A stretch of 64,000 nt of DNA from Paraspadella gotoi. Its lineage: Eukaryota; Animalia; Chaetognatha. The position numbers and the translations under genes are program-made. Below, one piece after another: positions 63,115 to 64,000 of the stretch (positions within the stretch are counted from its first letter, which is position 1; each line of letters starts with the position of its first letter). Where the stretch lies: contig CM119271.1 of assembly GCA_051294375.1 (NCBI GenBank), forward strand, positions 8,980,120 to 9,044,119, written 5' to 3'. The notes below the pieces were generated by a model that did not search any database, was not told the origin of the DNA, and saw only the letters and a list, made by a program, of their open reading frames with translations.

Positions 63115-64000
63115 AAAAATCGGGACGTAAAAAAAAAGAATATCAAAAAATTAATATTGCGAGTTTGGATCCAAATTAAAAAAAAAAGTAAAAGGCGTCG
63201 ACAATGCCCAAGGCCATACATTTATCGTAGATATAGTATTTTTATTTTCTGTTACCGTCTTTGTTGTTTGGAATTCGAAAAAGCGCACAAATAATTTTTT
63301 TGCGTTTTTAAACGAATCGCAAACCCTCTCTTTTTTTTAAAAAAAAAGAGCAATATTTTTTCCCCTTTCATTCAGCGTCTGTACTGTTAAATGGGATTAT
63401 TTTTTCTACATTTTTCCCGTCATTATTTACACGAATGTATTCGTCGCCTGACGATTTTTTTGATGACTTTTTTCCCGCCAATATTTGTTTTGACATGTTT
63501 TTTGTGAGTGAAACACCGCTTGAGGTCACAATCTCCCTGCCCCCCGATCAACCAGAGATTTTTTTTTACAATAAGGATTTGTCCAACGATCGCGAGTCTT
63601 TTTATTTTCGATCACAAAATCCAAACCCCTTGGGTTCGACGAGGATCTGTAGTGTATTTTTTTGAGAAACGGATCCGCGATCTTATTAACTGAAAATACT
63701 CGTTAACTAACTATATAGCAATCAAACTAGCGGAAACCAAACTAGTCTTTTTATTAGATATTTCGTAGGTACTATACTTTTTTCCGAATTTTATATATAT
63801 CCTGCCTAAAACGCCATTAGTTGGATTAAAGAAATCAAAATGGTAGAAATTTTTTCTGACAATTTTATCGCATTACATTTTTATTATTTAACATTTTATT
63901 TGACGAAATCAATGTTTTTTGCATGTTACTATTTTGTTTGTATCAATTTCTCATTGATTAGTTTGCTTTTTGTTTCGGCTCGCTCTGGGGCAATTATTTT

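Overview
Gene-dense animal (invertebrate-like) genomic DNA with GC/CpG-rich exons, AT-rich short introns, two N-gaps and homopolymer indel errors typical of long reads. Fifteen protein-coding genes are recognisable and all lie on the + strand: PI4KA (3' part), ACAD10, a raw/OLRN-1-like gene, TPCN2, a C2H2 zinc-finger gene, TMEM203, YKT6, DNAJB11, TMEM222, TRAPPC2, RBM26/27, HADH, MBOAT1/2, an unknown tail-anchored protein and SHANK. The most interesting signal is a small non-coding LTR retroelement of about 735-740 bp. It occurs as two complete intronic copies (41469-42202, 44773-45512) and one interrupted solo LTR (13862-14445). It has 4-bp target-site duplications and a tRNA-Trp-like primer-binding site. 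Each LTR carries, on the element's sense (minus) strand, a sequence that I can fold by eye into a circularly permuted (type-P5) twister ribozyme. This looks like a 'retrozyme' that uses twister instead of hammerhead and could release a ~485-nt monomer or circular RNA. Gene names come from recalled protein motifs, not from database searches, and gene boundaries are approximate.
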